IMG/VR virus record: IMGVR_UViG_3300029922_000017
Coordinates: 64,001-128,000 of that record
Source of the DNA: a virus
Reading direction: 5' to 3' (one strand)
Length of the DNA: 64,000 nucleotides
The translations under genes and the position numbers were made by a program. Shown in pieces: positions 38,077 through 47,502 of this stretch (position 1 is its first letter; each line of letters begins with the position of its first letter). A model generated the notes under the pieces. It had not been told where the DNA came from. It saw nothing but the letters and a program-made list of their open reading frames with translations, and did no database searches.

Positions 38077-38205
38077 CTGTCAGTGCCTTTTAATTTAAAA
38101 TAGGAATACTACCTAACCCATGGACTGTTTTGTTGGCACTGACAGTTGGTTGTAGAGGTAGTATTCCTATAAATGATTTTAGTATGTCAGTGCCTATATT
38201 ATAAA
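38077..38205 (-). promoter_or_regulatory. structured leader of the HNH gene with crossing inverted repeats
   Basis: TGTCAGTGCC twice plus its complement once; ATAGGAATACTACCT inverted pair; TATATTTATA upstream. Confidence 0.6.
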
Positions 38206-38227
38206 TATAAGCAAGATATGAAATAAT

Positions 38228-38431
38228 TTAAAATAATCTAATGTTTCCAGCTTCTTTGCTCGTTAATTGTTTAAGTATTTCTCGTTGCTCTTCTGGCAAC
38301 TTTAAAATGACTTCGCCTACTTTACCAGATTTATCATTTCCAGTCAAGGGGCAATTTGAAGGTCTACAACCCAATACATTTTTCATTATTATTTTATTTG
38401 CCATTCTATGAATTAGAGTATGGGGAGTCAT
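38228..38431 (-). CDS. hypothetical protein
   Basis: ATGA-coupled ORF. Confidence 0.45.
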   Translation of the reverse strand: MTPHTLIHRMANKIIMKNVLGCRPSNCPLTGNDKSGKVGEVILKLPEEQREILKQLTSKEAGNIRLF

Positions 38432-38614
38432 AAAAATAGATATCCCATGCCATCAAGCATTTTAGGATTATGTTTAATTAATTGTGCCATATTTGCCGCT
38501 AATGTAGCATTTTTAACCATAGCAACCGTAACCCAATAGTATGAATCATTTTCACATTGAACTATATATGGGAAGTCGCTAATCAATTCTTGTCTTTTAA
38601 TTCTAATTTTCATA

Positions 38615-39268
38615 TTAAATATATGGATTGGCCATGATACTATCAATCGTGCCAGTCGGCATATCATCAAGCGTCTGAACGAATTGCTTCATCATCCGAA
38701 ATGAATTGGGTAACATTGCATCAGGAACATTACTAACTCTATCAGTAAATACTTTTAATTGTTTCGCCGCCATTACTGCCGTTGCATGAGTCTTTGCCAT
38801 TAAAATATCATGACTTTCCGGTGTAAATTTGGGATGTTGGTCGTCTAAAGTCAGTGGCTTGGAATAATCATAATATATGATTTCGGATACCTTCGAAAAT
38901 AAAGTTAAAAAATCATTTTCAATCGTTTCGGTGCTGAACCAAGTATCATGATTTTTATTACATGAATGAGTAAAGATAGAATTGCGCTTATCAGCCGGTG
39001 TTCTTTTTCCAAACAACGGATGAATACTGGTTACATTATCGGTATATTTCAATAGTGTATCGGTAGTTGATTTTTGGATGGAACACACGTTCACAATGTG
39101 TTTTTTTAGGATGCCACCATAATTTCTACCACATTCATCATATGCCGAAGCCGGAACCGCTAAGATTACAGACTGTGCTTCGTTATAATCCACCAATTCG
39201 CAATGTGGACTTAACAATTCTTTAAGAAATGTTCCAAACGCCCCGTTGCCACAGATATAAATTTTCAT
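38615..39268 (-). CDS. prephenate/arogenate dehydrogenase-like (TyrA family)
   Basis: ICGNGAFG Rossmann motif, ILAVP, NVCSIQ, SIHPLFG, HDILMA.TH. Confidence 0.7.
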   Translation of the reverse strand: MKIYICGNGAFGTFLKELLSPHCELVDYNEAQSVILAVPASAYDECGRNYGGILKKHIVNVCSIQKSTTDTLLKYTDNVTSIHPLFGKRTPADKRNSIFTHSCNKNHDTWFSTETIENDFLTLFSKVSEIIYYDYSKPLTLDDQHPKFTPESHDILMAKTHATAVMAAKQLKVFTDRVSNVPDAMLPNSFRMMKQFVQTLDDMPTGTIDSIMANPYI

Positions 39269-39270
39269 AA

Positions 39271-39744
39271 TTATTTTCCAAAAATTTCTTTGACTTTATT
39301 ATCCATTTCAATATCTCGTTCTATATTAACTGTTAATATATTCTTATTAACAATATTCATAATAAGACTTCTAATTACAAGGTCTTCTGAGTGTGTAGTG
39401 CAATCTTCTAACCTACCAAATGAGGTATAAGAATTACAACTCCACCGGCTCAATTTAATTACAGTCCCGATGGTATATGATGTTTTATAAGTATCCGTCT
39501 TCTTTGTCAGCCAATACCAACAAGTATCCTTGCGGATTTCCCATTCAATATTAGAATTAGTTAAATCTTGCTTGATTAATTCAATAGCTTGTAAAGCCCA
39601 CAGCGGGCGACTTACCGGTGATTTTTTAGTAAATGTCGAATAATATTTATCACTATCTTCTTTGCGTTCCCACTCATATTCACTATCATCCGAACAATTG
39701 TTGCTAAACCACAACCACGGCATTAATAAAATAAAAGGCCACAT
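39271..39744 (-). CDS. hypothetical protein
   Basis: 157-aa ORF. Confidence 0.6.
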   Translation of the reverse strand: MWPFILLMPWLWFSNNCSDDSEYEWERKEDSDKYYSTFTKKSPVSRPLWALQAIELIKQDLTNSNIEWEIRKDTCWYWLTKKTDTYKTSYTIGTVIKLSRWSCNSYTSFGRLEDCTTHSEDLVIRSLIMNIVNKNILTVNIERDIEMDNKVKEIFGK

Positions 39745-39748
39745 AATA

Positions 39749-40123
39749 TTATAATAGTAAGAATTTGACTATAAACCCAACAAACAAGACCAACCATGGA
39801 AATCCAAATACCGTCACAATTTCAAGGCCAATTTCTTCTTCTTCCTTGCTATTCAAGAGTAAGCTGAAATTAATCCTCGAAGTTACCAACTTCACTAAAA
39901 GAAACATGCCAATTATAGTTCCGATTTTAGCCACTCCGCTCGCAGCAATCACCGGCAGGACGAACCAATTCCACAATTTAAAGGCAACAAACCCATAAGA
40001 GAATAGATAGGCCATTACTATTAAAATCAATAATGGAAATCCAAGTCCGGTAAAAAAAGAACCGGTTGGTTTCTCGGAATCAGTTGTCAATTTCTTAAAT
40101 TTTTCTCGTAAATCGTTGGTCAT
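39749..40123 (-). CDS. membrane protein
   Basis: Three hydrophobic segments. Confidence 0.7.
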   Translation of the reverse strand: MTNDLREKFKKLTTDSEKPTGSFFTGLGFPLLILIVMAYLFSYGFVAFKLWNWFVLPVIAASGVAKIGTIIGMFLLVKLVTSRINFSLLLNSKEEEEIGLEIVTVFGFPWLVLFVGFIVKFLLL

Positions 40124-40126
40124 AAA

Positions 40127-40502
40127 TTAATTCTTTCTTGTAAATTTAAACGATGCCTCATAAGTTTCATTATATCCCGGTTTATCATATTCAACATTCC
40201 ATCCAACTTCCCGATAAATCGGTTCAACATCAAGCCAGCCATTCTCAAAAATTTTGGCTGATGATATGTTATGTAAGTTGCGGACTTCTCCTAAAATTTC
40301 TTTTTGATAGAGCGTGGCCGAGCCATTCCGCACCTCCACTAATAATTGTCGTTAAAGGGGTTGGAGATTTTGAATTTATGTAATCTATGAGCGTATCTGC
40401 TACTCGATACATTTCATTATATTTATCCAAATCTAAGTTATCGTAATCGGAACCCCGGCCAGCACTGCCAACGACACTAAGACTTAATTCATCTTTAATC
40501 AT
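40127..40502 (-). pseudogene. out-of-frame fusion of two truncated genes (SLOG-like N-terminus plus YDKPGYNE-type C-terminus)
   Basis: Frame 1 ends soon after VVGSAGR...ISGGA; frame 2 lacks a clear start. Confidence 0.4.
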
Positions 40503-40503
40503 A

Positions 40504-41745
40504 TTAATATCTCCGACGACCATATCTATTATAAGTTCCAAAATCACTATAATCCGTCGAATTGATAAAATTATCACGAAAGGAACTAATACGAAAGAAT
40601 ATATAAAGTCCAATTTGAATTACAAACATCAGCCCAAAATACCACCCATACACCCAATCACTCGGAGATACTGACAAATAGTTAAACTTTTTCCAGTCTT
40701 TAATCACATAATTCCTCCGGACTTCAAGTTCAATATTATTAAGGATATTATCATTGATAGGATTGTTTAATAGAATAGTCTCAATATTTTGTTTTACAAT
40801 CTCCCGCTCGGTAAACCCAAACACATATGCCCACGTTGCACCATTAGTCCGTGTGCCGCCCCCAAATGTTATTACCAAATCATTTTTACGACCACCAAAG
40901 AACTTAGATTCTTGATAATGTCCCATTTCTTCTCCTTTATTTCCAAATCCAATCATAATAATATTTACTTTTTTGGAGGCTCCTAATTTAGAATTCAACT
41001 GGTCAAATTTCAATGGGTCAATCAGTGCCAGCGCATTACCCATCAATCGTTGGGAGTGATTATAATCAGGATTAGTCGGCCAATTATAAACGGGAATATT
41101 AGTCGGCACTTTAGAGAACGCAAATAAATTAGGAGTAGCCTTAACTCGATTTTCAAATGACATTAACTTAGTAACTGGTTCAATCCAATTGTTTATATTT
41201 ACTGCTTCGTAATCATTTGGGTCGCCGCCAATCATATGGGAGTCGTGTTCTCCGGTTGTTCTACTACCGGCGACTGAAATCTCCTTACCAAATTTATTAA
41301 CTATATAATTATATCTATTTAAGTCTTCCTCGTAACTTGTATCAATATCAGAGTATTCCGTATAACTATCATAATGCCAACGGGTTTCGTCTTCCCAATG
41401 GTCAAATACTTGTCTGGTATGGTCAACTTCAACTTCATGTTCTTTACCATCGGAATCAGTTTCTGTTTCGGTAGTAGTATAATGTTCAGTCCGATATATA
41501 GCTTCCTGATATGCCTCTTCCCATTTTGAAAAATGATGATTGTGAGTTATTTTTCCACTCCAAGTTTCTTTGTCGGCAGTTTTTGAATGAATACTACCAA
41601 CAGCAATGCAATTAAATATGATTGCTAATGCCAGTGCGGAACCAGCACCAATCAACCATTCTTGCCAGATAATCTTTTTGTCGAGGAAATGTAGTATTAA
41701 CCCAATAAAGATTGGAATGGCGGCACAAGCATAGAATATCCACAT
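40504..41745 (-). CDS. membrane protein with large extracytoplasmic domain
   Basis: Two N-terminal and one C-terminal TM, GGRKND motif; follows LemA-like gene. Confidence 0.7.
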   Translation of the reverse strand: MWIFYACAAIPIFIGLILHFLDKKIIWQEWLIGAGSALALAIIFNCIAVGSIHSKTADKETWSGKITHNHHFSKWEEAYQEAIYRTEHYTTTETETDSDGKEHEVEVDHTRQVFDHWEDETRWHYDSYTEYSDIDTSYEEDLNRYNYIVNKFGKEISVAGSRTTGEHDSHMIGGDPNDYEAVNINNWIEPVTKLMSFENRVKATPNLFAFSKVPTNIPVYNWPTNPDYNHSQRLMGNALALIDPLKFDQLNSKLGASKKVNIIMIGFGNKGEEMGHYQESKFFGGRKNDLVITFGGGTRTNGATWAYVFGFTEREIVKQNIETILLNNPINDNILNNIELEVRRNYVIKDWKKFNYLSVSPSDWVYGWYFGLMFVIQIGLYIFFRISSFRDNFINSTDYSDFGTYNRYGRRRY

Positions 41746-41749
41746 ATAA

Positions 41750-42316
41750 TTATTTATTGAAAAGTTGAACGTCGTTGTCTTGACCAGTCTTAAACGCATC
41801 TTCGGTTCGGGAACTGGTAACTACAATAATATCAATATGTTTACGACCAAGTAAACTGGCAAATAAACTGTTTGGGAACGTGCCAATAAGGTTGTCATGT
41901 TCACGATTAAGGTCAAGTAACTCTGTCTGACGAGTCTTAAATCCATCACGTTGAGCAACAATGATATTTTGTAGGTTATTAAAGGTTGAAGTATCAACGT
42001 TAGGGACGGCTTCATGAATCCAATTGGCAAGAGACCCACCCTTATTATCACCGGAACGAGCTTTAGCATAGCCCGTAAAGATTTCAATCAAAGCATTCTT
42101 TTGTGCTTCGGTTACTTGTGCCACCTGTGAAATATTCTTCCACATGGCATCCATTTGATTTTTATTGTCGGTTTGTTTGGCAGTAATGGTATTTTTCAAT
42201 ACCACTTCTTTATTGGAGAATGAGACTCCCATACCAAATAAAATGGCGATGATGATTAAGCCGACACCGATAAGGCCAGCGATTGAGGTTAGTGTAATAA
42301 TAGTTGTTTTATTCAT
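41750..42316 (-). CDS. LemA-like protein
   Basis: N-terminal TM, F.NLQ, C-terminal N.LIGTFPNSLFA. Confidence 0.55.
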   Translation of the reverse strand: MNKTTIITLTSIAGLIGVGLIIIAILFGMGVSFSNKEVVLKNTITAKQTDNKNQMDAMWKNISQVAQVTEAQKNALIEIFTGYAKARSGDNKGGSLANWIHEAVPNVDTSTFNNLQNIIVAQRDGFKTRQTELLDLNREHDNLIGTFPNSLFASLLGRKHIDIIVVTSSRTEDAFKTGQDNDVQLFNK

Positions 42317-42349
42317 AGGTTGTGTAGTATAGTTATTTTTTGTTAATTG

Positions 42350-42595
42350 TCAAGAGAAAATCCACTTTATAATACGATTAACGATGGCGGCGATACAGTT
42401 GAGAATTATATTCCCAATTACAATAATAATTAAAACTACCCCAATAATAATACCATGTAGAAACCCATAGGCTATTACTTTTGGACATGTTTTTATTTCA
42501 TTTACATTTGGACAATTATAAAAGAATACAAAAATTCCGAGCAATGACCAAAGTGTAATCGCAGAACCAGCAAGCAGTATAAATAGATTTATCAT
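42350..42595 (-). CDS. small membrane protein
   Basis: Hydrophobic; stop inside next -35. Confidence 0.6.
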   Translation of the reverse strand: MINLFILLAGSAITLWSLLGIFVFFYNCPNVNEIKTCPKVIAYGFLHGIIIGVVLIIIVIGNIILNCIAAIVNRIIKWIFS

Positions 42596-42601
42596 AAAAT
42601 A

Positions 42602-42856
42602 TTAGCCCGCATACACGATTTCATTGTTTATACAAGTCCGCTCCTGTTGTCTATCCAGTTGCAGTTTATATTCGTCAATCACTTGTTTAGCCGTGGGAAT
42701 TTCATACGACTTTAAATGATGGTAATTTCCAGAATAGTGAAATTCATAGTTGGGCGGGAAATGGCAGTCCATATAACCAATATGGTATTGATTACCATCC
42801 ACTACCACGAGTGCGCTTGCCGTGGAAAATCCTAAACAATCAAATATAATTTTCAT
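42602..42856 (-). CDS. hypothetical protein
   Basis: Leaderless ORF. Confidence 0.6.
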   Translation of the reverse strand: MKIIFDCLGFSTASALVVVDGNQYHIGYMDCHFPPNYEFHYSGNYHHLKSYEIPTAKQVIDEYKLQLDRQQERTCINNEIVYAG

Positions 42857-42955
42857 GATTTAGAGTATATCGGTTTTAGATTATAAGTCAAGGGATAAAT
42901 TGAAAATGGGTGGAATTTTTAGGCTCCACCCACAAAACAACAAGCAGGAAACAAA

Positions 42956-44053
42956 TTAAGATTTGATAAAATGACCTTTACTATCCCGTTTCTGTTTAAG
43001 ATGGGAATCATTGGCAAATTTAGATTTCTTATTTTTAAATTCTTCTGAACAGTCCGGACAATAATAATTATGACATTCACATTTATCAACCGGCACAACC
43101 CAATCAATTACATCATCGCCCGACTCATCAATAGTATCTTTAAAGACTTTAGGAGCATTTAATTCATCATATGACTCAAACTTAACTTCGGTTCCTTGTT
43201 TAATAAATCGGCCACTACCATCTCGCTTCAATTTCTCATGGGAATCATTAGCAAACTTAGACGTATCGGATTTCACAGGTTTGGTCGTATGTTCATTTGT
43301 ATAAATTAACGGTAAATATTCTTCGAGATTACCCACCACTTTGTATTTGCAACAGCGCAACTTCTGGAAATTGCAGTCGGAAGGAACGCTTACAAAATCA
43401 GCCGGATTAATTTCTACCAATACAACTTTATTACCATGTCCTTTAGCGTATGCCATAGAACCAGCATGAAGTCCATGACTGCATTCATGTGTATAATCGT
43501 CATCAACACTGGAACGTTTAACTTCGATTGTAGCACCTATGGAATTTTTGATTTTTCCTTCTGCGTTTACTTCACCTTGCAATACAACAGTTTCTAAATT
43601 TCCAAATACAGAATAATCATCGGGTTGAATGCCCTTGAATGCAATAACATTACCAGCATCGGTCAACGTCAACCCCAAATGCTCTTGAAATTTATATGCC
43701 TCTTGAATAGACCGACTGGACGGATTTTGCGCCAGCTTTTCCATATAATTTGCCAGCGGCTTATAATCCATATTATTCTTCAAGAAAGCCATAACTCGCT
43801 GGCTATCCAGACGATGAATTGCTCGACCATTATAGGTAACACCAGCCGAATTCACCGAAAGCAATCCGGTGGAATACGACTCAACTACCGACTTAATAGA
43901 TACTAGTGTTTCTAACAAAGTCTTATTACCAGCAGCAAAAGCCAATTTAATATTTTCCCATTTTGGGTGGTCTGACTTTGCGGTTAAGATTTGCTTACCA
44001 TTATCGATGATAAGAGTTAGAGTTTCGTTAACAAGACTGGATGAAGTAATCAT
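42956..44053 (-). CDS. rIIB: rIIB-like protein
   Basis: L..NPS.RS, LT..G..IAFK, R..VDDD...CSHGLH, V.INPADFVSVP.D...KLRCCKY. Confidence 0.82.
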   Translation of the reverse strand: MITSSSLVNETLTLIIDNGKQILTAKSDHPKWENIKLAFAAGNKTLLETLVSIKSVVESYSTGLLSVNSAGVTYNGRAIHRLDSQRVMAFLKNNMDYKPLANYMEKLAQNPSSRSIQEAYKFQEHLGLTLTDAGNVIAFKGIQPDDYSVFGNLETVVLQGEVNAEGKIKNSIGATIEVKRSSVDDDYTHECSHGLHAGSMAYAKGHGNKVVLVEINPADFVSVPSDCNFQKLRCCKYKVVGNLEEYLPLIYTNEHTTKPVKSDTSKFANDSHEKLKRDGSGRFIKQGTEVKFESYDELNAPKVFKDTIDESGDDVIDWVVPVDKCECHNYYCPDCSEEFKNKKSKFANDSHLKQKRDSKGHFIKS

Positions 44054-44090
44054 ATTGGTAGTATATCAAAGTTTGGATGAATGTCAATGT

Positions 44091-44324
44091 TTAATTATTT
44101 TGTGGAACTACGATTGCAGTTCCTTTATCAGTATCAAATTCAATAGTAATGATTTCTCCCCAACTGACCCATTTACCCGTAAAATCCATCAGTTCAGTTC
44201 GGATTTCGGATTGTCGGTCACAATTTTCATCGGCATCGACAATGTCACATGCCGCTTGTTCGGCAATGTCTTTAACGCTTTCATATACTGCGTCGGGGGT
44301 TTTAAAAGTAACAGTAAATTTCAT
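44091..44324 (-). CDS. hypothetical protein
   Basis: FKTPDA...GE.ITIEFDT. Confidence 0.65.
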   Translation of the reverse strand: MKFTVTFKTPDAVYESVKDIAEQAACDIVDADENCDRQSEIRTELMDFTGKWVSWGEIITIEFDTDKGTAIVVPQNN

Positions 44325-44325
44325 A

Positions 44326-44649
44326 TTATTTATAGGTATCTAACGTTTCGTTACAAAAATCAATAGTTTCGACTAGTTTTTTCTTAAAAGACATAATCTT
44401 TTTCAGATTATTTTTAAGCCAAATTCTATCTTCTTTTATTACTTGTTCAGGAAAAAATACACAAGTCTTCATATGTCGAATCGGGAAAAGAGCCTCAACA
44501 CTAATATATTCCCCATTCCGTCCCACATTGGTTGCAATAACAATACAAGATACCCCTTCCCACGACTCATTACCATTATCAGTTCTATTGAATGGATATC
44601 CTACATCTTTGGTATATACTAAATCACCAACTTTTAAATTATGTTTCAT
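44326..44649 (-). CDS. hypothetical protein
   Basis: Leaderless ORF. Confidence 0.6.
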   Translation of the reverse strand: MKHNLKVGDLVYTKDVGYPFNRTDNGNESWEGVSCIVIATNVGRNGEYISVEALFPIRHMKTCVFFPEQVIKEDRIWLKNNLKKIMSFKKKLVETIDFCNETLDTYK

Positions 44650-44673
44650 ATTTGAGAGTATATTGATTTTAGA

Positions 44674-45081
44674 TTAATTGTCAACTATAATTGTCGGCAA
44701 TTTCTGTCTAAATGGATTTTGGGTGTTGTCCCATTCTCTAAACATTCTTTTAATTTTTCGTTCAGTTCTAGCTGTATCATCCATTTCCTGAATTTTAAAT
44801 GGAGTCTTTCTAATAGATACCCACGGATATCGACTTCCAAATTGTTTCAGTGTCAAATCAATATAATAATCATTAATCAACAAGAAACAATGCCTATCAT
44901 TCATACAAAATGTCGGCTTATATCCAAGTTGTTTAAAAGTTTTAAATAATAGATAACTGGATATTCCACACAATCCTTCTAATTCTACGCTGGAAGAGTG
45001 TGTCCACTTATTAATTTCAACGTGGTCTCCCAATGAGCGACGAATTGATTTCAGTAAAGTTCTAATCGTATGATTATTCAT
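44674..45081 (-). CDS. hypothetical protein with possible Cys-His-Asp (papain/transglutaminase-like) triad
   Basis: GLCG...HCFL...IDLTLKQF. Confidence 0.5.
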   Translation of the reverse strand: MNNHTIRTLLKSIRRSLGDHVEINKWTHSSSVELEGLCGISSYLLFKTFKQLGYKPTFCMNDRHCFLLINDYYIDLTLKQFGSRYPWVSIRKTPFKIQEMDDTARTERKIKRMFREWDNTQNPFRQKLPTIIVDN

Positions 45082-45084
45082 ATT

Positions 45085-47454
45085 TTAAGCAGCAACCGCT
45101 TCGACTTCGGATTTAAATTCTTCCTTAAATTCGGGATTGAGTTCGATATAGCAATCCATCGAACGGACGTATCTTACGAATTTCTTCTTGGTATCTTCAT
45201 CAAAATAACTATTGTATCGTAGATTGCTCCAAGTAATATAAGGATACAAATGTCCAATTTCTTCCTTCATCTTTTCCAAATCAACGTTGGGCGTGATGGA
45301 ATTGGAAATGCCACTCCAAATTTCAAGTGTTGATAGAGCGGATACCATATTTTTCGACTCGGTTTTCTGTTCAATTCCAAGAGCAGTCTTACAGAGATTT
45401 GAGATAATATGAGTATCGCCCAATTCACTTATTAATTGCGGAACCACATCCACATCAACCACGTCATTCTCAACAGTATCATTCACCAACTCTTGGGCAT
45501 TAATATTAGGAAGTTGTTCCTTTACATAATCCACGACGTTAATCCATTCTTTGTTGGCGACTGCTTTATTAAACCAAACCGAATTTTTAGTAGTTGCACC
45601 GACGATATACACCTTATCAATATCCAAATCAAATTTATCGTTGATAGTTTTCAGAGCAGATAGAACATCAGATTTATATTTATTATATCGGCAACCAGCC
45701 GCCCCTGAAACAACCACTTTATTCTTCGTGCGGCGACCCGTAGCCTGATATAGATAATAAACATTCTCTTCGATATCCTTGAAAGAAACATCAGACTCTT
45801 CAACGGTTTCCGACACCAAATCAAGGTATTGGATATGCTTAATAGTAACCCCACCACCCGAAGAGTTGCGAGTGCCTTTATTGGCATTATACCAAGATTT
45901 AGCGGAAGTGATAATCTCACTCATCTTAATGACCGGCACGGTATCGAAATTATATTCTTTATAGAATAAATCCTTCATTTCGGGCGTGGTGAAGTTCAAC
46001 ATGTGAACCGTCTTATAATCATGATTATCTTGAATATCATCACAAAAGCATAGATAACGAGCAACCATTGCTACTCCCGATTTCTTATTCGTGTCATTGA
46101 TTACAACCGCAACATAATCACTAGCAGTAATACCATTGTAATTTTCATATTTACACTTATTCGTCTTTAATTTACCACTCTTAGGACGATAAGTAGTCAT
46201 GACCGGTCGATAAGGTTGATGATTACTATCATTAATAGTTGCCGGAGAATCATTATTATCAAATTTATTGATATGACGAAAGCTGGCGTCACTGATTACC
46301 ACGCCGTTCCAAGTCAACTGACCTTTAAGGGACTCTTCCAATTGGCGAAGATTGCCATTAAGAATTTTAATGTTGTCAATATTGACACCACCATCTTCCG
46401 TGTCAATCGGCAAACCACTACCAAAGATAGAATTATAAATCTTTTTTGCTTCCCAAATATTGGTGGCATTGGTGAATTTATCTTGGACAGCATTTTTAAT
46501 CTTAACGAAAATATCGTTAATCTTGGCAGTAAGGGCGTTGATAGTCAGGTCGGAATATTCTAATGCTTCCCGGGAGTCAACGAACTGGACTTCTGCCATT
46601 CCAAATTTTAGAATTACATCGTTGGATTGTAATAGTTCAAATAAACAACGAGTTTGAGAATTCAACGGAAGCGAGGTTGAAATCTTATTCCAGTCAATAG
46701 GATACCCAACTCCGGCCATCAGAGCAACACCAGTTGCGGTATAATCACTCTTTGCTCTAACTTCCCATCCATCTCCGGATAGCGATGCTGGCAACTTACG
46801 GAAATTTTCCAACTTCTCCTTATATTCCTCATTCATATTAAGAATTTGAGGAAGCACCGCCCAATATTTAAAATAATTAGCCGCTTCTTCGTGGAATGAA
46901 TATAAATCTGAGTTCTTAATGGGAATTGAAACTTCCAATCCCTGAGGTTCATCGCTAGGTGTGCGGGAAAGTAGAAGAATAGTTGGTAATGTGGAAGTAT
47001 CTCCCTTAATACATTGATAAATAGATTTTTCACCATTAATCCACGAAGTTACTGTGCAACTATCGCTAACCGCCATGAAAACTTTATTTCCATATCCGAG
47101 TAACCCATTATATTCGTTGGAGTTACGCTTGGTGGAATATCCAAATACACAATATGTATTGGTAATTTCTTCTTCGGTAAGACCAGTGCCGAAATCACGA
47201 AACTTAATATTCGAGTCATCAAATGTCGGTAGTGTAAAAATAATATCTGAAATTGGCTTATTTACCTGAATATGCACGTCAGCACAGTTGTTAATTATTT
47301 CACGAATGCAGGCCCTCGTTTTGTTTGCGTAGATTTTATCAGCCAAAGAAATCATAATTCTAGCCTCGGTTTCTTTGGAAATATGAAAGTTGGCGACGGA
47401 GCGAATTCCATTGCCAGACGTTGCTACTGTTTGCTTTGTTTCGTTGGATATCAT
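45085..47454 (-). CDS. rIIA: rIIA-like protein (N-terminal GHKL ATPase)
   Basis: IREIINNCAD, RDFGTGL, STKR.SN...G.LGYGNK, SREAL; upstream of rIIB. Confidence 0.82.
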   Translation of the reverse strand: MISNETKQTVATSGNGIRSVANFHISKETEARIMISLADKIYANKTRACIREIINNCADVHIQVNKPISDIIFTLPTFDDSNIKFRDFGTGLTEEEITNTYCVFGYSTKRNSNEYNGLLGYGNKVFMAVSDSCTVTSWINGEKSIYQCIKGDTSTLPTILLLSRTPSDEPQGLEVSIPIKNSDLYSFHEEAANYFKYWAVLPQILNMNEEYKEKLENFRKLPASLSGDGWEVRAKSDYTATGVALMAGVGYPIDWNKISTSLPLNSQTRCLFELLQSNDVILKFGMAEVQFVDSREALEYSDLTINALTAKINDIFVKIKNAVQDKFTNATNIWEAKKIYNSIFGSGLPIDTEDGGVNIDNIKILNGNLRQLEESLKGQLTWNGVVISDASFRHINKFDNNDSPATINDSNHQPYRPVMTTYRPKSGKLKTNKCKYENYNGITASDYVAVVINDTNKKSGVAMVARYLCFCDDIQDNHDYKTVHMLNFTTPEMKDLFYKEYNFDTVPVIKMSEIITSAKSWYNANKGTRNSSGGGVTIKHIQYLDLVSETVEESDVSFKDIEENVYYLYQATGRRTKNKVVVSGAAGCRYNKYKSDVLSALKTINDKFDLDIDKVYIVGATTKNSVWFNKAVANKEWINVVDYVKEQLPNINAQELVNDTVENDVVDVDVVPQLISELGDTHIISNLCKTALGIEQKTESKNMVSALSTLEIWSGISNSITPNVDLEKMKEEIGHLYPYITWSNLRYNSYFDEDTKKKFVRYVRSMDCYIELNPEFKEEFKSEVEAVAA

Positions 47455-47502
47455 AATTTAGTTATTTGTTATGACACCACTATATTGATTTTAGTCCGGA
47501 AG

